From Eledone cirrhosa (lineage: Eukaryota), in contig OZ024745.1 in NCBI GenBank assembly GCA_964016885.1, positions 96,596,001 to 96,660,000 of the forward strand: a DNA stretch of 64,000 bases. Direction: 5' to 3'. Both the position numbers and the translations under genes were made by a program. The notes under the pieces were generated by a model that searched no databases, had not been told where the DNA came from, and saw only the letters and a program-made list of their open reading frames with translations. Below, one piece after another: positions 1-16,184 of the stretch. How positions within the stretch are numbered: the first letter of the stretch is position 1; each line of letters starts with the position of its first letter.

Positions 1-15
1 TTATTTCACAATAGA

Positions 16-58
<43 letters not shown>

Positions 59-59
<1 letters not shown>

Positions 60-821
60 TAGCATCAGTACCCAGCGTTGCCTGGGTAGGTAAAATAATA
101 TCTGCTTTGATGAAAAGGTGTTGATCTTAGCGACTGCTTCTCGATGAATCATCTATGGCCACACACAGGCCATGTGGTGGAGGGTGGTGATGACCTCTAT
201 CACTGATAAAACGCGGGTGACTGACGAAGGGACATGCTGGGGGAGGGCGTTTCGAATTTGAACGAAATCGGTTGAAAAATGTGGGAGCTACAGCCGAAAA
301 GACAGAATTTTGAGCGAAAAGGTGGTATTTTCGAATATTCAAGCGGCTGCCACGGTGTTCCTGAACAAAAGATCCAAAATGTAAAGCCATTTTAAGACGT
401 AATATAATCAGATCTAGCATAGTGTAAAATTTGAACAAAGTACGTTGATTAATGTGGGAGCTAGAGCCGAAAAAGTGGAAATTTGAGTGTAAAAGTGGTA
501 TTTTTGAATATTTAAGCGGCTGCCACACCGTCCCTGAACAACAAATGCAAAATATAAATCCATTACAGGATGTGCAATGATAAATTGTATTTTGCTTTAA
601 AATTTGAACAAAATCTGTGGCAAAATGTGGGAGCTAGAGTAAAAAATCTTATTTTTCGATACCTAAATAAATAAACGATACGCTGATATATAAAAAAAAA
701 CACTCCCCGATGACTAATCTATGAGCCTGTAGAGTCTCATGAAAATCGGTCGTAAGATGTAGGCCCATATAGGTAATACACAGACACACACACACACATA
801 CTTAATTTTATATATATACAG

Positions 822-822
<1 letters not shown>
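59..822 (-). mobile_element. Non-autonomous Helitron
   Basis: Minus strand begins A|TCTGTATATATATAAAATT and ends with hairpin CCCAG-gcaacg-CTGGG followed by CTAG|T, i.e. inserted at an A-T site with no TSD. Internal repeats of AAATTTGAAC...AATGTGGGAGCTA. Confidence 0.7.
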
Positions 823-1312
<490 letters not shown>

Positions 1313-2040
1313 GTATGGATATATATGCATCTCTATACATACATGCAAAAATACTCATACACGCACACACCTACTCTCTCTCTCTCTCTATCTCTCATTC
1401 TCTCTCTCTCTCACACACACTTACAACTTATATATATACATATATATATATATATTGGTTTAGATCGATATCCAGAGACTTCGATCTTATTTACAATTTG
1501 CTGTGGAGCAGACGCAATGGAGTAATTGTAATACATCACAGCCAGAAGCCTAAAGCTATGAAAACAATGTAATTATTGTATCGACGGTGTAACATATAAA
1601 AACGTTAAAGTACTCACAATTTCATCAATTGAAACAGCCAGTATCCTCCTAGTTTAGCACACAAAAATACGCCGGACTACAAAAATCCATATCTAAGCTG
1701 GTACATTATACTGTTTCAAATTCCGTGGAGAATCCGCTGGTTATAAATTGATAATAAATCCATAACCAACAAGTTACAGACTAAGGAATTGTCATCAACC
1801 AGCAATCCTATGAAGGATTTCCGAACATCAACCTTATTACTAAATTTTCAGGTCGGTGTTGGTATACCACGTATAGCAGTAACAAATGACTTATATATAT
1901 GCAGAAGTTAAATTTAATTTGTTGGGATTCAACAAGCTTAAAAGTTTTATAACTGATATAAAGCACTCAACAGAAACTGGAGTAAATATTCAATATATTA
2001 ATAAATGGAAACTATATTTATAAAGCATATTTATAAAACA

Positions 2041-2105
2041 TATTTTATCTGATGAAAGCGCACCAAAATTCCATTGGTTGCCCTTGAAATATATATAATA
2101 AAATA
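2041..2105 (+). ncRNA. Type I hammerhead ribozyme
   Basis: TATTTTAT-CTGATGA-aagcgcaccaa...ttggttgccctt-GAAA-tatata-TA^ATAAAATA, with an 8-bp stem I. Lies in a (TA)n-bounded insert (about 1456-2150) with inverted arms at about 1991-2030 and 2108-2148. Confidence 0.8.
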
Positions 2106-2145
2106 ATTATGGTTTTATAAATATAGTTTCCATTTATTAATATAT

Positions 2146-2186
<41 letters not shown>

Positions 2187-2425
2187 GTGTACATAAATAT
2201 ACACATACCTACCAACCGACACACATACATACAAACAAAATCCAAACATATTTAACTGTAGTTATTTTATATCATTAACTGCGATATCAGTATAAGAGTA
2301 CGGTGTTTTCATTTTTTAAATATTATAATATAAATTTTCTTGGCTGCAGCAATTTATCTAATATAAAAATTATATATTTACACACACACACCACACCTAC
2401 ACAGACCACACACACACACACACAT

Positions 2426-2505
<80 letters not shown>

Positions 2506-3289
2506 TATACAAAATACATTTTTTTTTTCTTTTCTGAAAGATGTATTTTATTAAATAGATCACAGCAACAAAAGAGCTAAAATAATAATAGAAAACACTT
2601 CAAAACCGAATAGAAACAAAGAAATGAATGATATTTTTTATAATCGACACAAAACCCGAAAATGAAAATAAACGTCCATCAAGGTAGATAATGAAGCAGA
2701 AATTTGAAGTGAGGCGAAGACGTATTTCTAAACGTTTTATCTAAATAAAGAAATATTGAATTGAAAGAAAAGCGAGATAAACGGCGGGAAAAAATCTGCG
2801 AATGACATCTTTTATTTATCTCATTTTGTTAAGTTGATGTCTTTTCTTAGAAATGGTAAATAAACAGCAGCAAATATAAACATGTATAAGTACAGAATGT
2901 GTGTATGTATGTATATATGTATGTATTTATGTATGTATGTGTGTGTGTGTATATGTGCATGTATTCATGTATGTATGGATATATATATATATGTTTGTAT
3001 GTAAATTCGTATCTATGTGTATGTTTTATGCATACATGTATGTATGTATGTATATTTTGGTTATATTATTTTATAAAATTTTGTAAATAAAAAGAGAGCC
3101 AGTTTCTATCATAGAAACAAAATTCTTTTATTGGAATTTTCACATCAACTAGATAAATACATATACACGTCTATGGTTATGTTTATCTGCACTTATGGGT
3201 GTTATTGCTTGTGGGGAGGTGTAGGTTTGGGGTATATGTGCACACGTGCATATGTGTTTTTCTCTATACATGTGTATAAACATTTATTA

Positions 3290-3706
<417 letters not shown>

Positions 3707-3736
3707 AGATCAAAAGATGGTTAAAAGAGTTCCAAG

Positions 3737-3807
3737 TATTTTATTATGTGCATTTCAAAAACAAATATCATCATGGGATGATATCTGCGTTTTCATCAGA
3801 TAAAATA
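3737..3807 (-). ncRNA. Type I hammerhead ribozyme (PLE 3' end)
   Basis: TATTTTAT-CTGATGA-long stem II (aaacgcagatatcatc/gatgatatttgttttt)-GAAA-tgcaca-TA^ATAAAATA. Confidence 0.8.
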
Positions 3808-3947
3808 GGGATACATGATATGAAGCTTAAAAAACACTTGTGAATAGTGAAGTTTTAAATCAACATATGAAAAATAATTTATGTATAATATATATAGTGA
3901 AAGAGTGAAGAATAACATGGTCAACAGTACAAGAAGGTTTTTATTTA

Positions 3948-4055
3948 CAGTATTAACAATTGTTTCATTAAGTTGTCTTAAAATTGTTAATCACTTGAAG
4001 TTGTGTCACTAAATTTTAAATACGATGTATGCTTAACCAAATCATCAGAAAACTG
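3948..4055 (-). ncRNA. Second hammerhead-like motif with long stem II
   Basis: CAGTTTT-CTGATGA-about 75 nt-GAAA-caattg-TT^AATACTG. Stem III is palindromic; stem I has one mismatch. Confidence 0.55.
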
Positions 4056-4145
4056 AATAAAATTATACATAGCGTTTACAAATTTAAATTACAACATCAG
4101 TAATAAAGAAAGAAAAAGAAAGGAAGAAAAAAGAAAAAGGTAGAG

Positions 4146-4200
<55 letters not shown>

Positions 4201-5940
4201 AATAAAGAAAGAAAAAGAAAAAGAAAAAGAAAAAGAAAAAGAAAAAGAAAAAGAAAAAGAAAGATAGAGAGAAAAAATAAAAGTAATGATAATAAATGAG
4301 TAATAATAAATAAGTTATAGCGAAGATGATAAAAAATAAATAAAACAATTTATGTGTGCGAAGAAAATGAATATAATATGGTTGTTGAAAATAGTTGTGG
4401 TGTTGGTGGTTAAAATATAAAGATATGATGGTATAAACATGAAAGTATTAAATATATTCATATGTATTATTTAAATTAATAAATTAATAAATTGGAAGTT
4501 ATATTAGATGTGAAGATAATACGATAGGTTATAATGTAAGAGATGAAATATATTTAGGGAAAGAAATTGAAAGATAGAAAATGAAAGAGAGAAAATATAA
4601 TAGGTTATGATGTTGATTCATTGACAGTTAATAACAATAATAATAACAATTATGATAATGGGTTATTATAATAGACTCAGGTGGTATAATTTGAATTATG
4701 ATAATGGGTTATTATAATAGACTCAGGTGGTATAATTTGAATTATGGAATTGTTGGGTCGAATCAAGTTGGTTTGAAATTATCGAACTTATTCGCTGCTT
4801 TATGTCTACAGAAAATTGACCGTTCAATTTTGCTGTTAAGCACATTTTGTCATATTTTAAAATATGGAATAATTCCATATTGCAAAGTCTACAGTGGGAC
4901 ATACCAATTTTGTAGGCCATTGCCCCTGACTATTTAGAGCAGCTAATCCTGTATTCTTGGTTTGTATCTTTAAGCTGCCAGATTTTATTGGCGAGCGTTG
5001 TTGTATTCATTAGTTTACGGTTCTTTATAGAGTGTTGGTGGATGTACCATCTCTTTTTTAACTCCCCCGCCGTAGAACCTATGTAGTGCCATGCTAAGTT
5101 GCCTCAATTTATAGTTCATAGGTACACTATATTTGATTCAATGCATCTATTTTGTAGTGGCCATTTATCTGGTAAGTGACAGTTACTTTTTGAGGCCCTC
5201 CTATGTGCCGGTTCAACGATGCGGTTTTGTATGTTGTCATGTATGGGCTGAGATTTGGGTTTGTTGATGTACTGTAGTGATGTGTTCTGACGTGTGTGTG
5301 GTTGTGATGCTGTTATGTGTATGTGTTTTGTATTTGGTGTTATGGTGCTTGTTTTCTTGTTTGCAGGCTATTTGTATTAGAGATTCTTTTATAGTTAAGT
5401 TTATATATGTGTGATTCTATGTTGGTTGCAGTAGAGTAAGATAGTTTGATAGTATTTCTATTAAAGATTGTATGGTATTTGTGAAGTTTAGGGAAGTGCT
5501 TGTCAATTAATTTAAAGAATATAGAAGGTAGTTTGGTTTTTATAGAGGAGTTAAATATTGGATTGAACCATAAGTATTTTCTATCTCTGGATCTTCTATA
5601 GTTCCTAGGGGTCCTTATATTAATATTCGGTTCAATTATTTTTGGTATTTGTTGCCTATTTCTATGTTTAGTCCTATATTTGTTATTTCTATAGATGTGG
5701 GTGGTGTTATTGCTGTTAAGTGTGTTGTTGTTGTTTGTATCTGGTATGTATTTGAGCCTCTCTTTGTGGCCTGCCTTAAGTAAAGCTATGTTGTAGTAGT
5801 TAGCGTGTTCATTAAAAATCTCTAGGTTAGAAGATAAGCGTGAAATTCTAAGGGATATACTATCTGCTATGAGTTAATTATGGAGCGAGTGTGGTTTGAG
5901 TTATAACTAATGTAAGCTAGATTTTCGTTATTTTTATGGA

Positions 5941-6089
<149 letters not shown>

Positions 6090-6099
6090 ATATCTGTTA

Positions 6100-6182
<83 letters not shown>

Positions 6183-6320
6183 GTGTATGTATGTATGTAT
6201 GTATGTATGTATGTATGTATGTATGTATGCGTATATATATATGTATGTATGTATGCGTATATATATGTATGTATGTATATATGTATACACACACACACAT
6301 ATATATATATATAGAGAGAG

Positions 6321-6688
6321 ATATTAAAACAATGAAATTAAACCAAAAACGGTTAATTCATAGTAACACTCATTATTTTACAATCGTTTCTGGGGGGGGG
6401 GGAGTTCCCCTTATGTCCATTCTATTATTGATCTATGTAAAATATATTACAAAATATCATAGTAAGAAAATATACATACGTCTTCACTACCCGCCGTCTT
6501 CATAAATAATGAATTAACCGTTTTTTGTTTAATTTCATTGTTTTAATATTTCTATTTTTGTCTGTGTATCCAATGAATTATATCGTTGAAAATTTTGTAT
6601 TTTAAACTTTGCTTCACGACATCTTCTACATATGGATTACATTGAGTTCTTCATACGGTTTAGACCCTATCATTAATTGGTGAATGTA

Positions 6689-6690
<2 letters not shown>
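6321..6690. mobile_element. Fold-back insert between (TA)n tracts
   Basis: Inverted arms at about 6321-6361 and 6509-6549, plus a unique tail. No HHR core recognised. Confidence 0.5.
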
Positions 6691-7188
<498 letters not shown>

Positions 7189-7785
7189 TGTATGTATGTA
7201 TGTATGTATGTATGTATGTATGTATATATGTATGTATGTTTGTACGTGTGTGTTTGTATGTGTGTGTGTGTAGACATGTGCAAATGTAATTCGCTTAAGA
7301 ATTACTGAAATAGTTTGGAATAACGAGGAAGAGAATCATGTTAGGCAAGATTTTTTTAATTTTGTTTTCTATCAGTAACATAATAGAAAAGCAGCTGTTT
7401 GTTGTACAGCTCAAATGCCTCTGGTCTACCAGAATAGAGATATCAGCATGTTGATAAGAGATAATGTCTTACTATGATGTAATCTGCGCAAATTCTATCA
7501 ATGATATAAGAGATTAAGAATGCAATATATATTTTTTCTCTATCTTGTTACAAATGTCAGATGTTCTACGAATATAGCTAAGAGTTTTGAATTTTAAATT
7601 ATGTCGACAGTCACGCGCGAACACATTCAGACACACAGACACACATTCAATCTCACACACAGATTCACACACTCACACATACTCCCTCACACGTTTCCCC
7701 CTTTCTCTCTCCCTTTCGTTCACTTTCCTTATCTTTCTGTAGTTTTTTTTCTCTTTCGTTCCTTGTCGCATGATCTATCTATCTG

Positions 7786-7866
<81 letters not shown>

Positions 7867-7876
7867 CTATCTATCT

Positions 7877-7955
<79 letters not shown>

Positions 7956-7959
7956 ACAC

Positions 7960-7993
<34 letters not shown>

Positions 7994-8559
7994 TGCGTTT
8001 GCATGCACGTGCATGAATTGTGTCGAAAAAGTATCCGACTTTATTATTTTCCAGTGTGAAGTGACATAATATGCAGAGTGGAATCGCATTGGAAAGCTCG
8101 CTGAGTACTTCAGTCACTGTCAGTCACTCCGGGTATGAGGTGCAGTACTACTTGTTGCATTTTAATCTCCCACAATGCTAAGTTCCTGAATATCGTAATA
8201 ACTAGAGATGAGAAATGAACCTATATGTACGACTCTGTCATTAGAGTGGTAGCATCCAACGTTGCCAAGACCTCCATGACGCACGGCAGGTGCAGAGCAA
8301 AATCAAGGTCATGCATCAAACAAAGAAATGTTAACCTTATACCGGGAATTTTTTTCAAATCTGCTGCGCCAAGAGTAAATAAATAAATACAATATCGAGA
8401 AAGCTTTTTAGCGATACTCCGGCCAAATTCCAACTCACTCAACAGACATTAGGAAATAAGTGATTATATTCCCAATTATGTGTTCGGGGTGCTAACTAAA
8501 AGTATTGCGTGGAAAATTGGCTGTATTATTTCAAATGAGACATATCTAATATATCTCTT

Positions 8560-8686
8560 CCCAGACGGACGTCTCGTTTCATTATAGGATTCCTACAATT
8601 TGGGTGAAATTATCCCAATTTATTTAGGAGCTTGTATACCATCAATAGATATATATTCAAGTGGGCTCCTATAATTCCTCAGTGGG
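8560..8686 (-). ncRNA. Hammerhead ribozyme with extended, branched stem II
   Basis: CCCA-CTGAGGA-attatagga...tcctataat-GAAA-cg(agacgtc)cg-TC^TGGG. Confidence 0.7.
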
Positions 8687-9263
8687 TGCCCCAATAATAC
8701 TAATATTGATAATCTAACCAACATCAGCATTTAGCGATAATCATCATCTGTGCCTGAGGTATCTGTCAGGTTGCCAGTCCAGCAGTTCTAAAGAAGTGCT
8801 CTAACTGATTCAAAAAATGAGGAAGTGAATTACCGCCAAAAAAAAACAATACATGCGTGTGACAATGAACTCTGAAAGGAATTCAGGCCACGTGCTAAGA
8901 ACTCAATTGGAAATTGAAAAATATCTGTGTGTACGACATTTGATGACACACACAGATATTTTCTCGGGCAAAATAACAGAATGAGATACAAGGAACAATC
9001 AATATTCATATATAAAAAATAAACAAAGAAATGCTAACCTTATACCGGGAATTTTTTTCAAATCTGCTGCGCCAAGAGTAAATAAATAAATACAATATCG
9101 GAGAAAGCTTTTTAGCGATACTCCGGCCAAATTCCAACCCACTCAACAAACATTAGGAAATAAGTGATTATATTCCCAATTATGTGTTCGGGGTGCTAAC
9201 TAAAAGTATTGCGTGGAAAATTGGCTGTATTATTTCAAATGAGAGATATCTAATATATCTCTT

Positions 9264-9390
9264 CCCAGACGGACGTCTCGTTTCATTATAGGATTCCTAC
9301 AATTTGGGTGAAATTATCCCAATTTATGTAGGAGCTTGTATACCATCAATAGATATATATTCAAGTGGGCTCCTATAATTCATCAGTGGG
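9264..9390 (-). ncRNA. Hammerhead ribozyme with extended, branched stem II (second copy)
   Basis: Same as 8560-8686 but with core CTGATGA; the two cores differ only at the variable N7 position. Confidence 0.72.
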
Positions 9391-9594
9391 TGCCCCAATA
9401 ATACTAATATTGATAATCTAACCAACATCAGCATTTAGCGATAATCATCATCTGTGCCTGAGGTATCTGTCAGGTTGCCAGTCCAGCAGTTCTAAAGAAG
9501 TGCTCGAACTGATTCAAAAATTGAGGAAGTGAATTATCGCCAAATATATATATATGTCTGTGTGTGTGTGTGTGTGTGTGTATGCATATGTGTA

Positions 9595-9932
<338 letters not shown>

Positions 9933-9945
9933 TACACATATGCAT

Positions 9946-9985
<40 letters not shown>

Positions 9986-10058
9986 TTGGCGGTAATTCAC
10001 TTCCTCATTTTTTTGAATCAGTTCGAGCACTTCTTTAGAACTGCTGGACTGGCAACCT

Positions 10059-10153
<95 letters not shown>

Positions 10154-10520
10154 CTCATTTATTAGCCTTGAATTATTCGAAGACAATAACTATAGTTAAT
10201 AAAGCCATTTATGATAATTCTCTAAAATAATTACTAGCACATCTCTCCGAGTTACCAGCAGTCATTTATTTAAACCCCTACTGGCTTTGAATAAAGTGAA
10301 TGGTACCGTTGTTTGAGTAAAATATCGCTAAATGGCGGAAACTAGTGAAATTAATTTAATGGTGAGAATGGTGGATCACAGACTGTCGGTCAAAATAACT
10401 GGTGGTATTTATTTACGACTTTATACCCTCTGAGTTAAAATGCTGCCGGGGTCAAATTTACGTTTCGATTTTCTAGAGTCGATAAAGTAAAGTAGCCGTG
10501 GTGATATTATTTATATTCAC

Positions 10521-10712
10521 CAGGGCGATGGATTGGCAGTATTGGTAGAGGGTCGGACGCCATGCTTTCCAGCATAGTTACGTCCCTTTACGATCTGAGT
10601 TAAAATCCCGCCGAGGTTGACTTTGCCTTTCATCCTTACGGGGTCGATAAAATAAAGTACCAGTAATACACTGGGTAATTGCTGGCCTTGTGTCAAAAAG
10701 TAGAAACAATTA
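10521..10712 (+). mobile_element. tRNA-derived SINE
   Basis: A-box-like TGGCAGTATTGG, B-box-like GAGTTAAAATCC, and a conserved core TTTGCCTTTCATCCTTACGGGGTCGATAAAATAAAGTACCAG shared by many copies in the window. Confidence 0.85.
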
Positions 10713-11040
10713 TTAACATTCACCATAAATCATATGTTCTGTTGTATAGCAGTTCAACAAATATTAGTGATATACCATACTTAGAATAAGGCATGGGCTG
10801 GCACCAAGAAAGACATCCAGCCATAGAAAACTTCTTCTTCTTCTTCTTCTTCTTCTTAAATAATTATCTTAAAACATACTTCCTTTTAAAATAGTAAATT
10901 GATTTTTCAAAAAAATTTCAATATAAGATATTTCGTTACATTTTAAAACTGAATAATGAATATTGAGTCGCAAATAATATCGTTGTAAAAGTACATGCAT
11001 TCTAATATGTATTTGTAATTTATTACTATTTTGTAATAAT

Positions 11041-11231
11041 TGTTTCTACAATAGGCACAAGGCCAGCAAATATCCCAGTGTATTACTGGTACTTTATTTT
11101 ATCGACCCCCGTTAGGATGAAAGGCAAAGTTAACCTCGACGGGATTTGAACTCAGAATGGCAAGGGCCGTAACTCTATGCGTCAAAGCATGGCGTCCGAC
11201 CCTCTACCGATACTGCCAATTCACCGCCCTG
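11041..11231 (-). mobile_element. tRNA-derived SINE with 18-bp TSD
   Basis: Same family. TTACTATTTTGTAATAAT is duplicated at 11023-11040 and 11232-11249. Confidence 0.9.
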
Positions 11232-11446
11232 TTACTATTTTGTAATAATGTTGTATATTAACATCCTTCGTCATACATCTATGACCTAATCATTTCTATT
11301 CTTTTCACTGTATAGTGATAATCTACTGCAATTGATGACGTCACTACAGAATACCACTGTGTAGTGAAGAAGTGTATCAATTACTAAGTCACAGGTCTGC
11401 AATAATATGTTTTGATACCTAATAATATATATCAGTATTACAACAT

Positions 11447-11890
11447 TCTTCTTCTTCTTCTTCTTCTTCTTCTTCTTCTTCTTCTTCTTCTTCTTCTTCT
11501 TCTTCTTCTTCTTCTTCTTCTTCTTCCTGGGAGAGTCGTCAAGTATGTCATCTAGCGTGTCCTGTCAGAAGCATCCATCTCCAACTGATTCGGCTGGATC
11601 ACCCCAAACCAGACCAGATGAGCTCATGGATGTTATTCAACCATCTTGTTCGTGGTCTACCCCTGGGTCTCACGCTTTTACCCGTAAAATCTCCCCAGTG
11701 ATTCTTTCCTAAGACATTCTAACCACATGACCATAATATCAGAGCTGTTATCTCTCCATTCGGAGAAATAGTGGCTCTACCTGGAGCGACTCTCTGATCT
11801 CCGATCTAAACACTCTATCGAGTAATGTTACTTCAAAGACCCTTAGGAAAAAAACCTTTTCGGCCGCTTGTATTCGCTTAAAGTGATGGT
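11447..11890 (-). pseudogene. RTE-clade LINE 3' fragment with (GAA)n tail
   Basis: Minus translation includes YGHVVRM and RPRGRPRTRWLNNI; ends in (GAA)n. Confidence 0.7.
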
Positions 11891-12122
11891 CCAATTTATT
11901 TTCTTATCATTTCTTTTGTCTCCTCTGAGTATTTAAATATAGAAGTATTTATTTGGAGAAGAAATTTATTTGTTCAAACCAGGAAAAGTGTTGACGAAAG
12001 AAACCAAATCCTAGCGATAATTGTTCGCTTTTATATTCACATAATTCATCCTAAAAGTGAAGGTAATGAAAGGAAGAAAAAAGCAAAACTTCCATAAATC
12101 TTTCGCAACTGAATCCTTCTAC

Positions 12123-12191
<69 letters not shown>

Positions 12192-12288
12192 GACCAACTG
12201 AGTCCCGTAGAAATTTCATAGTTTAATTTGAAACAACAACCAAATATTAAAGATTAATATGGTATTTTAAATGGTTTATGCATGTTAT

Positions 12289-12349
<61 letters not shown>

Positions 12350-12901
12350 CCTATACATACATTAATTGAGATATATAATACAGCAAAATAAAATAAATTG
12401 TCTGCGTGTGTGTGTGTGTGAGAAAAAGGAGTATGTGTATGTGTGAGTATTTGTGCGTGTATTTACACATGCCTGTAGCGTTCGTTTACCTAACCCCCCT
12501 CTCCTCTCTCCCTCTCTCAACCCTTCCTCGCGGCGTCATTTACGTTTTAAAACGTTATTCCTCTCTCTCGGTCCTTCTCTCTACCGCACAACCTCTTTTA
12601 GCTTCCCATTTTCAACACTGGAAACATGTAGCAGCTAAGTTCCATATCATGGCCCCTTATGTCTTGAAAAATTCGTAGGGGCGTCTTCCTAACACACGGA
12701 GTGTCTTGTCCATTGAAGCGTACACTTTGGATGGGAACAACCTATTTCTCCTAGGGAGAGGGAGTAAGCATTATTCAATATCAGTACTAGACAACTACTA
12801 TTTATCCACATCGATAGGATAGAGAGAGAGTGAGTGAGTGAGTGAGTGAGAGAGAGAAAGATAGAGAGGGGGGGGGGGTGAGAGAGAGAAAGAGAGAGAA
12901 T

Positions 12902-12932
<31 letters not shown>

Positions 12933-14824
12933 AGAGAGAGAGAGAGTGAGAGAGTGAGAGAGAGAGAGAGCATTATTCGATCTCAGTACTACACTAGTAC
13001 TGAGATCGAATGGCTGAAAGGTAAAGTTGACTTAAACGGGATTTGAACTGAACTCAGGGTGTAGAGAGATGAAATGATTACCGCAAATCATTTTATTCGC
13101 TGCTCTAACGACTCGGCTAATCCCCACGTCACTAGGTAAGTTACATTTAATTAAACTGCTAACCTCCACCAATCAGAATGCTGAGATTATTTATTACAAT
13201 ATGCCTGCAATGATTCCTTCTATTCATATTCTCCAAATTCCAGAACATTTGTGAACTTATGACTCACCTTTGTACTGAATAAAGTTTTCATGTGATCTTA
13301 GTCATATCGGTGATACTTCTTAAGGCGTTGAACTGATAGTGTCGATAGAGCGTTGGATGGAATGCGTTGCTAAGTTTGTCGCGGCTTTCTGCGCTCTGAT
13401 TTGAGGTCAATTTTGTCTTTCTTCTTTCCTGGTCATGGTACAGCTCTTTGTTTTTCCAGCTGGAATATCTTGGCTATTTCCCAGAGCCAAATGTGGGGAC
13501 GTTATATGGATATATGTCTCTATCAACTCACAACAAAAAGGCACCTAAAATTATACTTAGCTGACAAGATAAATATTCATCAAATTAGAAAGTAGTATTT
13601 CAAAAGTGTTGGGATAAATAAAATCTGATACTAAGTAAGTTTTCTCTTCTTTGTATACTCATTACCAAAATGATGTTTACATCAACTTTGAAATCCACCT
13701 AAGGCTTCTTACCCGTGCTATCTGCCAGCAAAAAAAAAAATCGATCTTGCATCTCATAACAATTTCCCCTCGACTGGTCTTGATTTCTTTAATATCGTAC
13801 CAAAATACAGAAAAAAGAAATTCTACAAAAATCAAACGGTCCCTCGACACATTTCTCCACAAATTCTTGATAAACCGCCTACACGTGGATATGTATCCGG
13901 AAGCAATAATTTTTACTTGACTGACGTAAGTATTATGATCTGAAAGACTTCTCTAGGTGGTGATATTAAGTTATACATGGTTTGGGCCAATACAGACCGA
14001 GACCTATCAAACTATCAAAGTTATACACGCACACAAATATATATATATGTGTGTGTGTCTTTGTGTGCTTATATATAATTATTATATATATATGTGTGTG
14101 TATGCGCGTGCGCGTGTGTATAGGTGTGTAAGTACGTATGTATGTACGTATGTATATAGTTTATATATGTATTCATTTATGTATGTGTTTGATAACACAC
14201 ACATAGACATAATTTTTTAATGTTTTTTTTCTCTATCAATTTTACATGGAAATAAACTTAATGTTACATTACTTTTCTGTTGAATGATTCTTTGATCGTA
14301 GTTAGATATTTCTAACTTAATGCATGTTTGAGACTCCATGTTGCCAGAGAAACACATTTTTATCGCTTGTGAACTCTTCGTTTTAATCTGATCATATATT
14401 TGCCGAACATGTATCTATGTATTGATTAACCCTAAGAGTGGGTTGCAGGTTTTATTATGTAAATTATGTTTTAAAAAACTGTATATCATTATATATATTA
14501 TTTACGGCTATTTATACTTCCGATGGCTGTACTTTACATTCTGTTGTGAAACTTAGTCCCCCCCCCCCCGCCCCACATATATATATATATGTGTGTGAGT
14601 GTGTGTCTCTGATGGTAGCTAAGATGCTTCCATAGACGGTATGCCGGTTGAGCACTCTATGCTCTTCCAGAGCAGAGTATGATAGAATATATATTCTCTA
14701 TACATATATATATATATATTCTCTATATATATATATGTATATATTATTCTATATATATATATATAAATATGTATTTATATATATGTATATATATATGTAT
14801 ATACATACACATGCATATATAAAG

Positions 14825-14906
<82 letters not shown>

Positions 14907-15059
14907 GTGTGTCTGTATATATAGTGATGTACGGGGCTTAATTAAGTGCAAACATTGCAGGAGTTGGTGCAGTAATGCATCAACTTTAGAATTTGGTCAT
15001 CAGAATAACGGGGTAGGTGTAAAATGCAAACTCACGATCTTCAATTCAGTATTGGATAA

Positions 15060-15563
15060 TGACTGAAGGTATAGGATCGCGAATACAAGCGGTGGAAATG
15101 GAGTTCCTCCGAAGGGTCTCTGGAACAACGTTACACAATACAGTGCCTAGCTTGGAGATCAGAGAGTCGTTCCAGGTAGAGCTGCTACTTCTCCGAATCG
15201 AAATATTTTAGCACCAATATTACGGACATGTGCTTAGAATGTCTCAGGAAAAAATTGCTGAAGAGATTTTGTGGGCAAAACCAGCCGGCAGGGGACCGTG
15301 AGTTAGACCCAGTAGGAAGGTTGTTTGATAACCGCCTTGTCTTGTTTGGGGATTCAGCCGGATCAAGTGTATATGGTTATTTTGAAGGGATCCGCTGTAA
15401 AAAGTGTTTCATGACTCTGCCCGACCACCCTACAAATAATAAGTTGACGATGACGACGACGGCGACGACGGCGACGAAGAAGAAGAAGAAGAAGAAGAAG
15501 AAGAAGAAGAAGAAGAAGAAGAAGAAGAAGAAGAAGAAGAAGAAGAAGAAGAAGAAGAAGAAG
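15060..15563 (+). pseudogene. RTE-clade LINE 3' fragment with (GAA)n tail
   Basis: RIQAVEMEFLRRVSG...EIRESFQVE...YYGHVLRMSQE, followed by a (GAA)n tract. Confidence 0.75.
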
Positions 15564-16184
15564 ACTATATATATATATATATATGTGTGTGTATGCATGC
15601 ATACATATGGAGAGCTTGTAATACGTACAAAAAATCTTGATCACCAATTTTAACCTGACAATAAATGTTTTTCAATTTTTTGTGACGAACGATTAATTTT
15701 AATGGCTGTTTCTTCAATGGAAGCGAAATGATAAGGTTAATAATACTATACAAGCGTTTGTGGCATCTCAGCTGATGCATGATTCATTCTAATACTGCGA
15801 TGAAATGTAGAATGTATGAATTCTTATGAAATTCGATCAAGTATTGATATTGTATGGATTTATTTTCTCGTATACATTTAATCTGGTAAAATTCAGGTCG
15901 TCTGTCATTTAATCCTAGTTCATGCAACTCAGGACTATGAGTTGTATTAAGTCGGTTACTTGTCAAGAACACAACATGTGCAGGAAGTTTATACATTTAT
16001 TTTGATATATTTATTTCCCGAACATTTTTTTTATAGATTTGTTTGCGTAATATAAAACTCTAAACATAAATTTATAGAGAACCCTAGTTGACTCTTACCT
16101 CGGAAGGGATTATTTGATATATTTTCTGAATTGCTGAAACAGTAACAAAGCGTCGAACTGAAATATGCCGGTGGTATTTCATCA

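Larger units (their letters stand above)
8318..9545 (-). mobile_element. Retrozyme-like partial tandem, about 704-bp period
   Basis: 8318-8840 is repeated at 9021-9545, and each copy holds a minus-strand HHR. Confidence 0.7.

Noticed and set aside
221-258. CTGACGA in the Helitron segment as the missing 5' half of the family-A ribozyme
   Set aside because: The preceding bases (GGGTGA) cannot pair with the family-A post-cleavage strand GGGGTC.
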